DNA from: Anaeramoeba ignava BMAN | Lineage: Eukaryota; Protista; Anaeramoebae | DNA length: 64,000 nucleotides | NCBI GenBank assembly: GCA_028826165.1 | Contig: JAPDFW010000005.1 | Span: 36,418 to 100,417, forward strand | Reading direction: 5' to 3' | Shown: positions 47,689 to 60,931 of the stretch, one piece after another | How the letters are laid out: every line of letters starts with the position of its first letter | Numbering within the stretch: position 1 is the stretch's first letter | The notes under the pieces: generated by a model | The model's database searches: none | The model's input: the letters and a program-made list of their open reading frames with translations, nothing else | What the model was told of the DNA's origin: nothing | Program-made: the position numbers and the translations under genes

Positions 47689-50600
47689 TTATAATAATGA
47701 TTTATCCATCAAATGACAAACTAATCGAATTAATAATTGTTTTTGTTTGAATCCAATTCTGCAAAAGAAACACAACCATGCAAACCAGAAAAATAAAGCA
47801 AAACAGAATTATTAATATTTTTTTTCTTTTTCAAATCACGAGAAATCAAATAATGAGTTAATTTTAAAGCTAAATTTTGAACAGGTTTTGATTGAGTATA
47901 ACTGATAATATGGAATAATTTGGAAGTTAATAAATCATAAAAAGCAGAAAATGAATCAGGAAACAATTCAACTGCAGGAGATAAAATTTCCAACAAAAAC
48001 AACTGGTCTGAATCATAATCTGATTCAGCAAGAATTGAAGCAATTAAATAAACAAGAAGAGTTGATGATATTGGATCGTGTTGAATAATTTGGTTGAATA
48101 AAAGTTGATCAATTTCTCCTTCCCAATCAAAATAATTCCCCAAATGAGACTTAAATTCTGCAATTTCTTTAGTTGGTAATGATGAAGCTAGTGCTGTTAT
48201 ATAAGATGAACGGAATCCTGTTGATTCAGTTTTGCAAGAAATATCAACAATGGTTCGAAATAAAGAAATCACAGAACTTTTCACAAAAGGCATTTTTCTT
48301 GCAGGCAATAAAATACTTGATAAAGCAAAAGAAAATCCAATTTGGAAATTGATTCCAATTATTTTCTCCATTTTAGATAGTAATCGATCTGCATCTTTGT
48401 TTTGTTTTCTGAAAGACATGAAAACATTTTCAATACTATTTGATTCGAATTTTCCTAATTTTTCAAGATCTCTTAAAATAACATCAATCATTTCAATTCC
48501 TGCTTGAAAGAAATTTGAATCTCTAAGTTGAATCAATGAAATTGCAACCCAAAACAAACTAATTTTAAGTGGAGAATCCTTATCCAATAAAGGATACAAA
48601 TGAGTCAAACACAAAATAAGCGAAATACACAAATCAACTTCTGATTCAACCATTTTTTCCTTAATAATAAGTGGTTTCATAAATATGAATATTTGTCCAA
48701 CTAATTTTGGTGGAATTGGTCTTTCAGAAAGTAATCCAAATGTTGCCATTGATCGTGATTGTATAATTGAGGGTGTAAATGCAGATTTTCTTGTCAGATC
48801 TAACCATTGTTTTTGCCATCGTTTCCCAAGATCTGTTTGCTGATAGCATTTGATAATTTCCAAAAATAATCTTGATACTGATTCTGTACTTTTCACTGGA
48901 ATTCTTTCAAGTCTAAATCTGGGTGATTTGCTTTTTTCTATTGATTTCATTATATTTATATCTTTCATTGATGGTTGATTAGTTGGTGAATCTGGGGTTA
49001 TTGAATCTTGACTATTTGATTTCTCAAGTGATATTTTTTCTACTACTTTGGGAATTGTTTTTGTTTTTAAATTCATAAATGATCCTCTTAGAATTCTTGT
49101 TGATATATTTTTCAATAAATTATCTGATTTGATAATACTTCCACTTCCCATAAACAAAACACGAAATCTTGTTTCGGTAACTTCTGCTAATAAAGCTTGG
49201 AGATTTGTCTGATTTTTCTCATCTGGAGGAGGCATTTTAGTTACCAAAGAATGAATTGAATTGATAACCAAAGAAAGTAATGCAGAACGCATAAACAAGG
49301 AATGTGTTGGAGACATCAAAACACAAATATGAAGAATACTTGGAAGTGTGTATTCCAATGTTAGAATATTTTCGAAAGAAAGATAGTGAAGAAATCTTGT
49401 TAAAACCAAAATTTCATCCCATTTTGGATAATTTTCGATTCTTTTGTCTTCAGATTTAAATTGAGATGCTGATGAAATTCTTCTCAATATTCGATCGCAT
49501 AATTTCATTGAAATATATCTTGGATCAAGTGATGCAAGTGTAACTACCAATTGTGATATCAATTCAGATTCTGTTGTATCTACTCCATATTTAAGTGATT
49601 GTTTGATAAAAACAAGTAGAATTGTTCCAAGTAAATCATGAACACCTGCAACTACTTTCCAAGTATGAACAAGAATTGCAGGATAAAGTTCTCTTTGATA
49701 AATTGTCATTTTGATCAATTCTGTAATGATTCTTGTTGCTTCTTTGTATTCTTCATGTTTCTTTTTCAACAATATTTTTGATTCATAATTATTTCCCATT
49801 TTTAGAGTGCTTAAATTACTCTCATTTCTTTTCTCCATTTCTTGATTCTTTAAATATTTTGTTGAATGAATTGTTTTTGGTGATTGATGGTAAGTATATT
49901 CCTTTAAATTGGGAAGCCAAGGAGCCATATATTCAACACATAAATGTTTTCCATGAATTGTTGTACTTTCAAAATGCTTCAAACATTCTCCCAAAAATTC
50001 AAGTGTAAGATGTTTTTCAGTTAAAGCCAATTGTTTACTTAGATTAACAACAAGAGAAGTATGTGATTTTGGAATACAAAGACCTTCTGTTTCAAGTAAT
50101 TGGGATTTAATTGAGAAATTCAAACTTCGGCATAATGCTGTTACTAAATTATATGCTGATTTTCTGAGCGTTTCAGAATCACTTCCTAAATTTATTAATG
50201 CAATGTTCAGTAGTGATCCTGGAACATCTGATGGATATACTTCTGTGAATGTATCTCGATAAGATTTAGAATCGTGAACAATTCCTCGGAATTTATTATA
50301 TTGTTGTTTCATATTTTTGATTGTTTCCACAATTTTCTTTGAATTTGGAGAATGGAAAATCAATAATTTTTGACTGTTTTTTGTGTGTATTTTAACTGAG
50401 AATTGCTCTTCATTATCTTGTGATTGTTCAATATTAATAACTTGAGTAATATGGAAAATATCAACAATATTTTCAAGTCGATCAAATAAAGATTCCTTAA
50501 TATAAATTATATGAAGTAAACGCGGAGAAATTTCAAATATAACATTTTTACGTTGATCTCGGAATGTTTGATAAATATCTGTAAATTTTTCTTTGATTGT

Positions 50601-53600
50601 TTTTTCTGTTTCCATTGTTCCTTCAGGAATTAAATGATTTTTCTCATCAATATATTCATATATTTGTGTTGGTTTATCAACAATATGAATCAATTTCAAT
50701 ACAGATGCTCTAAAATAGGGAAGAATTTTCATTGTGAATTTGCGGAAATCTGAAGAAGGTGAAATGAATATTATTTTTTTCAAATGATTATCCCAATAAC
50801 TTGGTACTAATCCTGTAAAACGATTAATCCAACTTCTATTAATTTCATTTTGATTTGAAAATAAAGTGCAATCAATTATAATTATAAAATCTTCTTCTGA
50901 ATGTTTTGAAACAAGATGCAAAATATGATAAATAAGAACTGAAATATCAATTTGAACTATTCTTCTTGGAATAAGATAAAAAACTTTCTCCTTTGCTTTT
51001 GAATATTCATGAGTATAGAAAATTGGTTCAAATTCTTTAGTTTCCCCAATTATTGACATCGAAGCCATAAAATCATGATTTCTTTGATCTCGTATTTCTG
51101 GTTCTTCAACTTGAATTTGCCATGATTCAAGACTAATTGAAACATTTTCATTCTCATTTTCACTTTGCTTTTTTTGATCTGATTTCTTTTCAATTGATAA
51201 AATATCTATTGATTCTTCTAAATTCTGAATAAGTGTTAAGAATTTACCAAAATCAAAAAGTTGTTTTTGATCTTGATTCTTTTCAAAATGTGTTTCCAGA
51301 ATTTGGTAGTTATTCATCAACTCTTTGTGAATGGTGTGGAAATCATTGTTGATTGTTTTGGGAGAAATTCCTTCAGGAACTAAATTCAATTCTTGTAAAA
51401 TATCTTTAATTTTAATTGTTGTTTTTGGATCTTCAAAAAATTCTTTCAATTTCTTTGTAATTTCTTGTGATGATTTAGCATCTCCTTCAATAAATGGAAT
51501 TTCAAAAAGTTGTTCAAGAAATCCTTCAATATTTTTGCGATTTTGACTGATGAATTTATTCATTGGAATCATATAATCCTCTTCAATTCCAAATTTTTCA
51601 TTTGATGATAATTTGTTGATTGTTTTGGATATTAAAACCAATCCTCTTCTAACTTCAGAAGGTATTCTAAATGTGAAAATATCATATTTTTCTGGTGAAA
51701 TTAATGCTGGACAAATGAAGTTATTGAAAAATATTTTGGATATGCATTCGCTTGTTTTCAAATTTGAATCATGTTTTATAAGCTTTTTGAGAAGGAATGT
51801 CATAACAAAAAATTGAATTGGAATATGATAAATTGATTCAATAATTCGATCCAAAAATTCTTGTGTAAAAATTTCCAAATTTTTCAAATTCTTATCAATA
51901 TCTTTTGTTTCTTTAACATATCTAACATCAATTTCAGTTTCTCTTTGATTAACAATAATTTCTTGCCACAAATTCTTGATTGAATCATACATAACTCTTT
52001 GTAAATATTCTGTACCAATAATTTGTGAGTAAATCTTAAGAACATTAACTTGGAAATTGTTTGTTTGAAAAAAAGATGTTTTTTCATTTTCCAAAATATT
52101 AAGTTCCTTTTCAAAAATCCAATGTAATAAATCTATTGAAGCTCCATTAACTTCAATTATTCTTAAAATTGATAAAATGAACAAATCATTATTTTCCAAA
52201 GAAGGAATAGCAACAAAAATTGTTCTCAAAAGATGAAGATCATTATCAAGTAGCATTCTAATTAAACTTCGATATTTTGATTCATTTGTTTCTACAACAA
52301 AATTGAATTCTGTTCCTTGTTTCAAAATATTTGTGAAAACATCAAGAAATGAAGCTCTTATTTCTGTATCACTAAAATATCCCAAAGGCAAAGCATGTTT
52401 CAAACCAATATTTACATTTGAATTTAATAAATTGGAAATTATGTTGATTACATGTTGAGAAATTTTCTTGTTTGTTTTGTTTTGATCTGATTCTTGTTGT
52501 ATTCTTTGAAGAATTGATGTGAAAAATTTGAAATAACTACCAAATAATTTGGAACGTTTTTCAAGATCATCTTCAGTTTGAAGAATTGGACCTGTTTTTA
52601 TGTTAAATGCCTTTTTAATAATTAATCCATTCGTTATTGAATCAATTGCCATCATAACTGCTAAGTCATGATCATTCCACATTCTATTTGTAATAATACC
52701 TGGATTAAATTCCACTTTGACTAATTTTTCAGAATCTAAATCTTCTTTAGAATTTGCTTTCATTTTAGATTTCATTTTCTCTGATGAAATTGAAAATCCT
52801 CTTTGAACATCAGAAATCCAATTTGCAATTCCTTCTAATAAACCGTTTCGGAAATTATCTTCATCTTTGAAAAGAAGATATTCTCTTTTGCGAATAATCA
52901 GCGTTAGCAAATGACAAAATTTAATTTTCATTCTGATAGTATTTTGTTCTGGAGAAAGTTGAGATAGATATTGAATTATAGAAATGATCAATTCTTCAAA
53001 ATCGAAAATTGACAAATCAATAACAATTTGGGGTTGATCCAAAATATTCTTGATAATTGAAATTGTTTGATCATAAAAAATTGTTGATTCTTCATTAGTT
53101 TCTATTCTTCCATCATCTTTGAAATTTTTCTTTATAATTTGCTTAATTTGTTCAAATAAATTTGAATAAACAAGAGATGGAAGAGATGTTAACAGAAGAA
53201 CAGTGGTTTCTCTCAAATAAATATTATTGCAAACAGCTAATGAAAGTAATTGAGAGATGAATTCATCAATAAGTAAATTTTCTGATAATAAACTTTGGTT
53301 TTTTTTGTTAGCATTTTCCTTTTTTTTCTTGTAAATCTTTTTTTTATAGATTGTTTTGATTTTTGCATAATTTGAGGTGATTTTAAATTATCAAAAATGA
53401 AATCAAAATTGCTCAAGTTTGTTGTATCAAATGGCAAGTCTTTTTATCATTATTGACAAAGCAACTGAAGATAAACTACAAAGAAATCCTGTGTAATTAT
53501 ACCATTCAGATTTGCATCTGTTGAATTCAAAATCTGAGTTTTGATATGTATCTTCCAAAGTAATACTTGATTTTGACAATTTTTTCAATAAAATTTGCTT

Positions 53601-56077
53601 CATTTCTTCATTAGTTTCAAATGAAATTGTGTATTCAATAATAAATTTTGTTGCCAAAAGCCATCTTTCATAAATATTAATCCAAGCATCCTTATTTGAA
53701 TTTGTTGCTGTAGTGACTTTTCTCAAAAGTTGTCTTATTGATTTCTGTTGTGCAAGTCTTCCTGTTGCTGATTGTGGAATTTGTGCCAATTTTCTATAAA
53801 AAGGATACATAACAAGAACTGTATTATTTTCAATTTGCTTATTGCATATAATATTTTTAGATTTTTCAATATCATCCTCGCGAGAGAAATTATTTATAAA
53901 TCCAACATTTTCAATTTCATCGCATATATAATTAAAACATTTCAATGCTTGAGATGAAACACTTGATTCTGAGTTCAATGAAAGAATTAATAGTGTTATT
54001 TCTAGTTTTGATGATACTCTATTAAGTAAAATGATTGTATCACTACTAAATGTTTTAATTTGTCTCAAATAAAACCCAAGAAATTCATTCCTTTTCTCAA
54101 GAATTTCCTTAAACAAAGAAACCAAAAGTTTTGATTGACTTGGTTCAATATTCTTGTTGTTAATAGCCATTCTTGTTATTGAATCAATAATTGGAGATGT
54201 TAGTAAATAATAAGCATCAATTTGATTTCCATAACAACATTGTTCAATGTATTTAATTTCGTGAATTTTTTTCAATGCTGAAGAGACATTTGAACGAAAT
54301 TCAAAAGAAAAATTTGGATTTAAACACGAAGCAAGACTGATGAAAAATTGTAATATATTTTTTCTGAGTTGTTGTTGATCTGAAAATTCCCAAATAAAAA
54401 CAAATTGAGGATCAATAGAAAAAATCTTAGCAATTTCATTAAGTGTTTGGAATTTAATTTCTGCTGTTTCAAATTGATCTCTTTGTCTTTTTTTCAAATT
54501 TGATGGGTTTAACGTTGTAAAATCCCATGAATATTTTTGTTGTAACAAAGTAAGTTCTTGGAAATATTTGATGAATAATCTCTTAATTGAAGGCGAGATT
54601 GAATAGGCTTCAATAAAAGAAGTGTTCCAAGGAAGTGATTCTTCAAGTGCAAGAGTATAAAGTGCTTTTGCAAGAGCTAATCTAAATAAATGAGGAGTTG
54701 ATTTTTGCAAACAAAATGTAAAAATTCCTGATAATGTTTCTCTTGGATTAACTCTAAATGATGAAACTAAAGTATCTGATAATATTTTTGTATTTCCCAC
54801 ATTTTTTGTGATAGTGAAAAGTTGTTTCTAATTTAATTTCAAAAATATTTAAATTGAATTAGAATTTTAATTCAAGTTTTTTTTTTTCTTTAAAACAAAC
54901 TTTTAAAATATTCTCAATTTTTAATACTAATCCAAGTAAAGGAGTTTTACTTGATTTGGAAATATAAGTTGCAACTTTGTAAATATCTAATAAACATTGC
55001 GCAGCAACTGAAGAACTTGATTCCTTAGAAGAGAAACTTTTTTGCAAATTTTCTATAAATTGACCTTTTGTTGAATTGAGAATATTTGATTCATTATGTA
55101 AAATTTGAGTTAAAATATCTGGACTTATTATTAATAACATGGTTTGAATTGGCCAAAAAATATATCCTTTCTTCTTTAAAGAAGAACTCCATTCCTTAAA
55201 TGATTCAAATAAAGAATCAATGTTTACATCAAATTTTTCTTGAGAAGTTGATAAATGTGAAAATTCGGATGGACAACTATTAATCCAATTCCAAATTGCT
55301 GATCTTAAAGAATCTGCAACTATTTTTTGGTGTTGTTTTTGGAAAATTGATAAATATTTGGAAATTTCTTGGAGTAATTTTCCCAATCTTGTTTTATTAT
55401 AATCAAGATATTTTATTAGTTGAATTTCATTTATTGCAATTTCTTCTGTTTGTGATAATTGTAATAATTTTAAAAATTCAAGAACTTTGTTAAAAATCAC
55501 ATCATAATTTATATGACTTAATCTTTTTATTAATTTTCCAATATATTCTTCAAACATTGAATGAAATTTATCATGATTTTTTTCAAATAATATTTTGTTC
55601 ATTAATTCAAGTAAATTTGCACAATAATTATCATTAATAATTTGAATATTTTTCTTTTTTAAATTTAATATTTCTTCATTTGACTAAAAAATAAAAAATA
55701 AAATAAAAAAATTAATAAAAAAAATAAATTAAAAAAATAAAAATAAATACCATTTCGAATTTTGATTGTAAACACATATTCATTGACTCAATTATAATTA
55801 ATAATGATTGCTCTTGTTTGATAAATAAATTATTGTCTTGTGTATTTAAATTTTCAGATAAATTTTTTGCTAAAGAAAATAATGATTTTAAAACTTCTTC
55901 AAGTTTTGTATTTGAAAGTGTAATAAATATTTCAATTTCAAGTGAACAATTTGCTATTAAAAACTTTTGTGGGTCAAAATCATCTTCTTTTGGAGGATCT
56001 GGTTTTTGACTAGGAAGTTGTGAAAATAATTTTGAGTTTAAAATTTTTAATGTTTTTTTTTCTTCTTCTTCTTCCAT
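47689..56077 (-). CDS. Neurofibromin (NF1/Ira)-like protein: HEAT scaffold, RasGAP-fold, Sec14-PH; exons 55751-56077, 54901-55683 and a long terminal exon from 54827 with frameshifts near 53440, 53270 and 47740
   Basis: SLRSAIWNWINSCPSEF, WPIQTMLL, NLLNSNVNIGLKHALPLGY, RASFLDVFTNILKQGTEF, FICPALISP, PSDVPGSLLNIALINLGS...LRKSAYNL, HLCVEYMAPWLPNL are characteristic NF1 segments. Confidence 0.9.
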
Positions 56078-56149
56078 TATTTAAAAAAAATGAAAAATAA
56101 AAAAATGAAAAAATTTTTTTGCTTTTTTTTTTTCAATAATTAAAAAAAA

Positions 56150-57372
56150 TTTAATCAATAAATTTTTCAATAAGATTTAATTTAAAATTTTTCTTATTTT
56201 TTTCTAAATAAATTATTTTATAATTTAATTCAATTTTTTCAATAAAATTATTTAATTAAAATTTTAATCAAATAAATTTAATTAATAAATTTAATTAATA
56301 AATTTTTCAATAATTTTTCAATAAGATTTAATTTAAAATTTTTCTTATTTTTTTCTAAATAAATTATTTTATAATTTAATCAAATTTTTCAATAAAATAA
56401 TTTAATTAAAATTTTAATCAAATAAATTTAATTAATAAATTTAATCAATAAATTTTTCAATAATTTTTCAATAAGATTTAATTTACAATTTATTTAAAAT
56501 TTTTCTTATTTTTTCTAAATAAATTATTTTAAAATTTATTTTAATTTTTCAATAAAATAATTTAATTAAAATTTTAATCAAATAAATTTAATCAATAAAT
56601 TTTTCACCTTTTTCAATAAGATTTAATTTACAATTTATTTAAAATTTTTTCTTATTTTTTCTAAATAAATTATTTTAAAATTTATTTTAATTTTTCAATA
56701 AAATAATCTAATCAAAATTTTAATCAAATAAATTTTAATTAATAAATTTAATTAATAAATTTTTCAATAAATTTTTCAATAAGATTTAATTTTAAATTTA
56801 TTTAAAATTTTTCTTATTTTTCTAAATAAATTATTTTATAATTTATTTTAATTTTTCAATAAAATAATTTAATTAAAATTTTAATCAGATAAATTTAATT
56901 AAAATTTTAATTAATAAATTTTTCAATAATTTTTCAATAAGATTTAATTTACAATTTATTTAAAATTTTTCTTATTTTTTTCTAAATAAATTATTTTAAA
57001 ATTTATTTTAATTTTTCAATAAAATAATTTAATTAAAATTTTAATCAAATAAATTTTAATTAATAAATTTAATTAATAAATTTTTCAATAATTTTTCAAT
57101 AAGATTTAATTTACAATTTATTTAAAATTTTTCTTATTTTTTTCTAAATAAATTATTTTAAAATTTAATCCAATTTTTTCAATAAAATAATTTAATTAAA
57201 ATTTTAATCAAATAAATTTAATTAATAAATTTAATTAATAAATTTTTCAATTTTTTTTCAATAAGATTTAATTTAAAATTTATTTAAAATTTTTCTTATT
57301 TTTTTCTAAATAAATTATTTTAAAATTTATTTCAATTTTTTCAATAAAATAATCTAATCAAAATTTTAATCA
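56150..57372. repeat. AT-rich tandem satellite, 145-163 bp unit, ~8 copies
   Basis: TAAGATTTAATT at about 56171, 56322, 56472, 56617, 56780, 56938, 57100, 57262. Confidence 0.9.
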
Positions 57373-57574
57373 AAAGAAAAAGAAAAGAAAAGAAATTGAT
57401 TTGAAAAAGATTTTTATTTATTTATTAATTTGAAAGAAAAAAAAGAACATAAAAAAAAATAATTTTAACATAATTTTAGATTATTTTCTTCTTCTTCTTC
57501 TTCTTTCTCTTCGATATTTATTTCAGATTTCCCTTTTCTTTTTTTAAAAAAGAAAAAAAAAAGAAAAAATAAAA

Positions 57575-57635
57575 TTTAATTGGTTGTTTGTGAAGAATAT
57601 CCTTTATGGATAGACTCCACAAACAACCAATTAAA
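57575..57635 (-). ncRNA. Candidate structured RNA: 61-nt near-perfect hairpin (pre-miRNA-like geometry)
   Basis: TTTAATTGGTTGTTTGTG (57575-57592) is the exact reverse complement of CACAAACAACCAATTAAA (57618-57635); inner TATCC/GGATA stem closes a 5-nt loop. The hairpin is certain, transcription is not. Confidence 0.4.
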
Positions 57636-58473
57636 ATTAAAATTAATTTCCTTTTCATTTTTCTTTCTTTTGTTCTTTTGTTCTTTTGTTCAAATTCCTA
57701 TTTAAAAAATTTTTTTATTTGTTTTTTAATAAGAAAAATTAATTATAATTAATAAAAATAAAATTAAAAAAATGTTTAAAAATAATAAAAATAAAAAAAG
57801 GTGAAAAAAATTTTTTGTTTTTTGTTAATTACAATTAAAGATCACATAGCAAATAAAAAAACTTTTATAAAAAAAATTTCGAATTTTAATTTGTATTTGT
57901 TTATTTATGTTTATTTTAATTTATATTTGAATTTATATTTTAATTTGTATTTGTGTGTATTTTTATGTTTATTTAAATTGTGAAAAGAAAAATGAAAAAA
58001 AAAAACAAAAAATTTTTTTTTCTTTTTAATCCCTCTCAAAAAAAAATAAATAAAATAAAATAATAAACAATTGAAATGATCATTTGAATTATTTTAATTT
58101 TAATTTTTAATTTTAAGTTTTAATATTAATATTAATATTTAATTTAATTTCTTTTTTGAATTTTGTTTAAGAAAAAAAAAAAGAAAAAGAAAAAGAAAAA
58201 AAATTTTTTTTTCAAAATACACGTATTTGCCTGCATTATTTTTTAAATTAAAATAAAATTTTTCAATTAGAGAATTTCTTTATTTGAAATTTAATAATTT
58301 AATAATTTAAAATTATTTAATTTTTTATTTATTTTTTTTATTGAAAAAATTTTCTAAAGATCAAAAAATAAAAAATTGAAATTTTCTTTTTTTAAAAATA
58401 AAAGGGGATTAACACTTAAAAAATAAAAATAATTTTTAATTTCTATTTAATTTCTATTTTCTTTATTATTTAT

Positions 58474-59262
58474 TTAATATAAAGTATTTTGTTGATCTTG
58501 TAAATTTTGATATAAATTTGAATTTGATTTTAAATTTAAATTTTGATTTTTTTTATTTCTTTCATTTTTTAAAAAATTTGCACGTTTATAATTTTTAATA
58601 ACTCTATTTTGTAATTGAATTCTTATTTTAGATAATTCTTTTTCTTCTTCTTTTTCTTCTTCAATTTTTTTAATTAATTCTTGATTTTTTAATGAATTTG
58701 AATTTAATTTTTTTGTTCTTTTTTTTTTAATATTTTTTTTATTAAAAAATTCATTAAGTTTTTTTGGAGGTTCTTGAACAACTTCTCCAAATTTAATAGT
58801 ATCAGGTTTTGCAAGTGATTCTTCATCTTCAATTTCTTTATCTAATTTTTTCCTTTTTTTAATTTCTTTTCTTTCTTTATTTTTTTGTTTTTGTTTTTCA
58901 AAAAATTTTTTCTTTTTTTCAGTTATTTTTTTATTTTTTAAAAAATCTTTTCTCAATATTTTTGAAGTTTCTTGATTTATTCGATTTCTATAAATCCCTA
59001 AAGGCTCATCTATTTTTCTTTGAAATGTATTTTCTTGATTTTTTTGTTGTTTATTTTGTTGTTTATTTTTTTTATAATTTGATTTTTTTTTAATTTTATT
59101 TTTTAATTTTGGATTTTTTTTTTGATTTTCAATTTGTTTTTTTTTAAATAAAATCATTCTTAAAGTTGAAGGAATATAATTATCATCATCATTATTTTGA
59201 ATATTTTTATTATTATTTTTATTATTATTTTTATTATTATTTTTATTATTTTTTGAATTCAT
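58474..59262 (-). CDS. CCDC137-like lysine-rich coiled-coil nucleolar protein
   Basis: YIPSTLRMIL, DTIKFGEVVQEPPK and LQNRVIKNYK motifs. Confidence 0.7.
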   Translation of the reverse strand: MNSKNNKNNNKNNNKNNNKNIQNNDDDNYIPSTLRMILFKKKQIENQKKNPKLKNKIKKKSNYKKNKQQNKQQKNQENTFQRKIDEPLGIYRNRINQETSKILRKDFLKNKKITEKKKKFFEKQKQKNKERKEIKKRKKLDKEIEDEESLAKPDTIKFGEVVQEPPKKLNEFFNKKNIKKKRTKKLNSNSLKNQELIKKIEEEKEEEKELSKIRIQLQNRVIKNYKRANFLKNERNKKNQNLNLKSNSNLYQNLQDQQNTLY

Positions 59263-59350
59263 TTATTATTTTGAAAAGAAAAATGAAAAAAATGAAAAAA
59301 ATGAAAAAATATTTTTTAATTTTTTTGGAATTTCTTAATTTTTTAATTTC

Positions 59351-60841
59351 TTAATTTTTAGTTCCATAACCAGTAAAATTAATTTTTGGATTTGATTGAA
59401 TACTTGTTAAAAGGATTTGTTTATTTCTTTTTTTAAATTCTTTTGAATCTTGATTTTTAAGTTTAATAATTTCTTTCCAACTATATTCTGGACCAATCCA
59501 ACCAAGTGATTTATATTGTTTAGTTAAATTTTGATGAATTTCTTCTGTTGGATAATATTGTATTTTTTGTTTGTAAATATAATTGAAATCACGATGACCT
59601 AATTTCTTTCCATTAATAACTAATTCATTAGTAGTTTCAGATACATGAGCTTGATTTAATTTAGAATATTTAATATATTTTTTAATTTTATCATCAATTT
59701 CTTTATTTTCTTCAATTTGATTTTGATTTTGAATTTGATTTTGAATTTGATTTTGAATTTGATTTTGAATTTGATTTTGATTTTGATTTTGATTTTGATT
59801 TTGATTTTGATTTTGAATTTGATTTTGATTTTGAATTTGATTTTCAATTTGATTTTGATTTTGATTTTGATTTTCAATTTGATTTTCTTTAGGATAACTT
59901 GAAGTATAATCATAAAATTCACAATATTCTTCCCAATTTGATTCATCCATATTAATTTTTGAATGACCAACATCTCTCATATGTGCTCTTACAGCTTGAA
60001 TATTATTAAATTTCTTATTGCAAAATAAACAATAATTTCCAATAACAATTTTATCATAAAAATAATGAAGAAGAGAATGAAGATCAAGGATATATTCATG
60101 ATCAGGAATAAATAAAGAATGAATTGAACTCATATGATTTAGAGCTTTATTAATTGAATCAAATTTTGCTGAACAAAATAAACAATGAGTTAAAACATCT
60201 TGAAATTTTTCATTTTCTTCAATTTGATTTTGATTTTGATTTTGATTTTGATTTTCAATTTGATTTTCAATTTGATTTTGATTTTGATTTTCAATTTGAT
60301 TTTGATTTTGATTTTCAATTTGATTTTCAATTTGATTTTGATTTTGATTTTGATTTTGATTTTGATTTTGATTTTGATTTTGATTTTCAATTTGATTTTG
60401 ATTTTGATTTTGATTTTCAATTTGATTTTGATTTTGATTTTCTTCTAAATTAACTTTCATTTCTTTAATTTCATTTTCTAATATTATTTCATCATCACTT
60501 AATTGTGAATTATCTTCAATCATATTTGCTTTTTTAAAAAATCTTCTTTGTTCTTGAAAAAATTTATATCTTTCTGCTTTTTCTGTATTTATTGATTTTT
60601 TCTTTAAAAAAAATTTTTTTTTCTTATTTTTTCTTTTTGAAATTAAATCTTGTAAATTTTTTGCAATTTGTTGATATTCTTCAAAAGTAACTATTTGTTT
60701 TTCTGATGATCTTCTTAAAAGATTATATTGATGCCAATCAGTTTTATAATGTTCAATAAGTAATTCTCTAATTTCAAATTCAGTATTACAAGAATAACAT
60801 GTAAATTTTTTAATAGGTTTTTGTTTTGAATTATTTTCCAT
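59351..60841 (-). CDS. REI1: Pre-60S maturation zinc-finger protein Rei1/ZNF622
   Basis: FTCYSC...HYKTDWHQYNLLRR, CLFC...HMSSIHSLFIPD, CLFCNKKF...AVRAHMRDVGHSKI, LGHRDFNYIYKQ. Confidence 0.93.
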   Translation of the reverse strand: MENNSKQKPIKKFTCYSCNTEFEIRELLIEHYKTDWHQYNLLRRSSEKQIVTFEEYQQIAKNLQDLISKRKNKKKKFFLKKKSINTEKAERYKFFQEQRRFFKKANMIEDNSQLSDDEIILENEIKEMKVNLEENQNQNQIENQNQNQNQIENQNQNQNQNQNQNQNQNQIENQIENQNQNQIENQNQNQIENQIENQNQNQNQNQIEENEKFQDVLTHCLFCSAKFDSINKALNHMSSIHSLFIPDHEYILDLHSLLHYFYDKIVIGNYCLFCNKKFNNIQAVRAHMRDVGHSKINMDESNWEEYCEFYDYTSSYPKENQIENQNQNQNQIENQIQNQNQIQNQNQNQNQNQNQNQIQNQIQNQIQNQIQNQNQIEENKEIDDKIKKYIKYSKLNQAHVSETTNELVINGKKLGHRDFNYIYKQKIQYYPTEEIHQNLTKQYKSLGWIGPEYSWKEIIKLKNQDSKEFKKRNKQILLTSIQSNPKINFTGYGTKN

Positions 60842-60913
60842 TTTTATTTTTATTATTATTTATTTTTTTGAAAATGAAAAAAATGAAAAAATGAAAAAAT
60901 TTGAATATTTTTT

Positions 60914-60931
60914 TTAAATGACGTCATTTAA
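60914..60931. promoter_or_regulatory. Perfect 18 bp palindrome TTAAATGACGTCATTTAA containing a CRE (TGACGTCA) upstream of REI1
   Basis: Seen directly, ~75 bp upstream of the ATG at 60841 and just upstream of the TCA repeats. Confidence 0.55.

Noticed and set aside
53216-53450. Frameshifts in both NF1-like genes, actin and Trp-repeat copy 1 as programmed frameshifting or pseudogenisation
   Set aside because: They fall mostly in homopolymer or repeat runs and the flanking protein is well conserved, so long-read consensus errors are more likely; needs read-level checking
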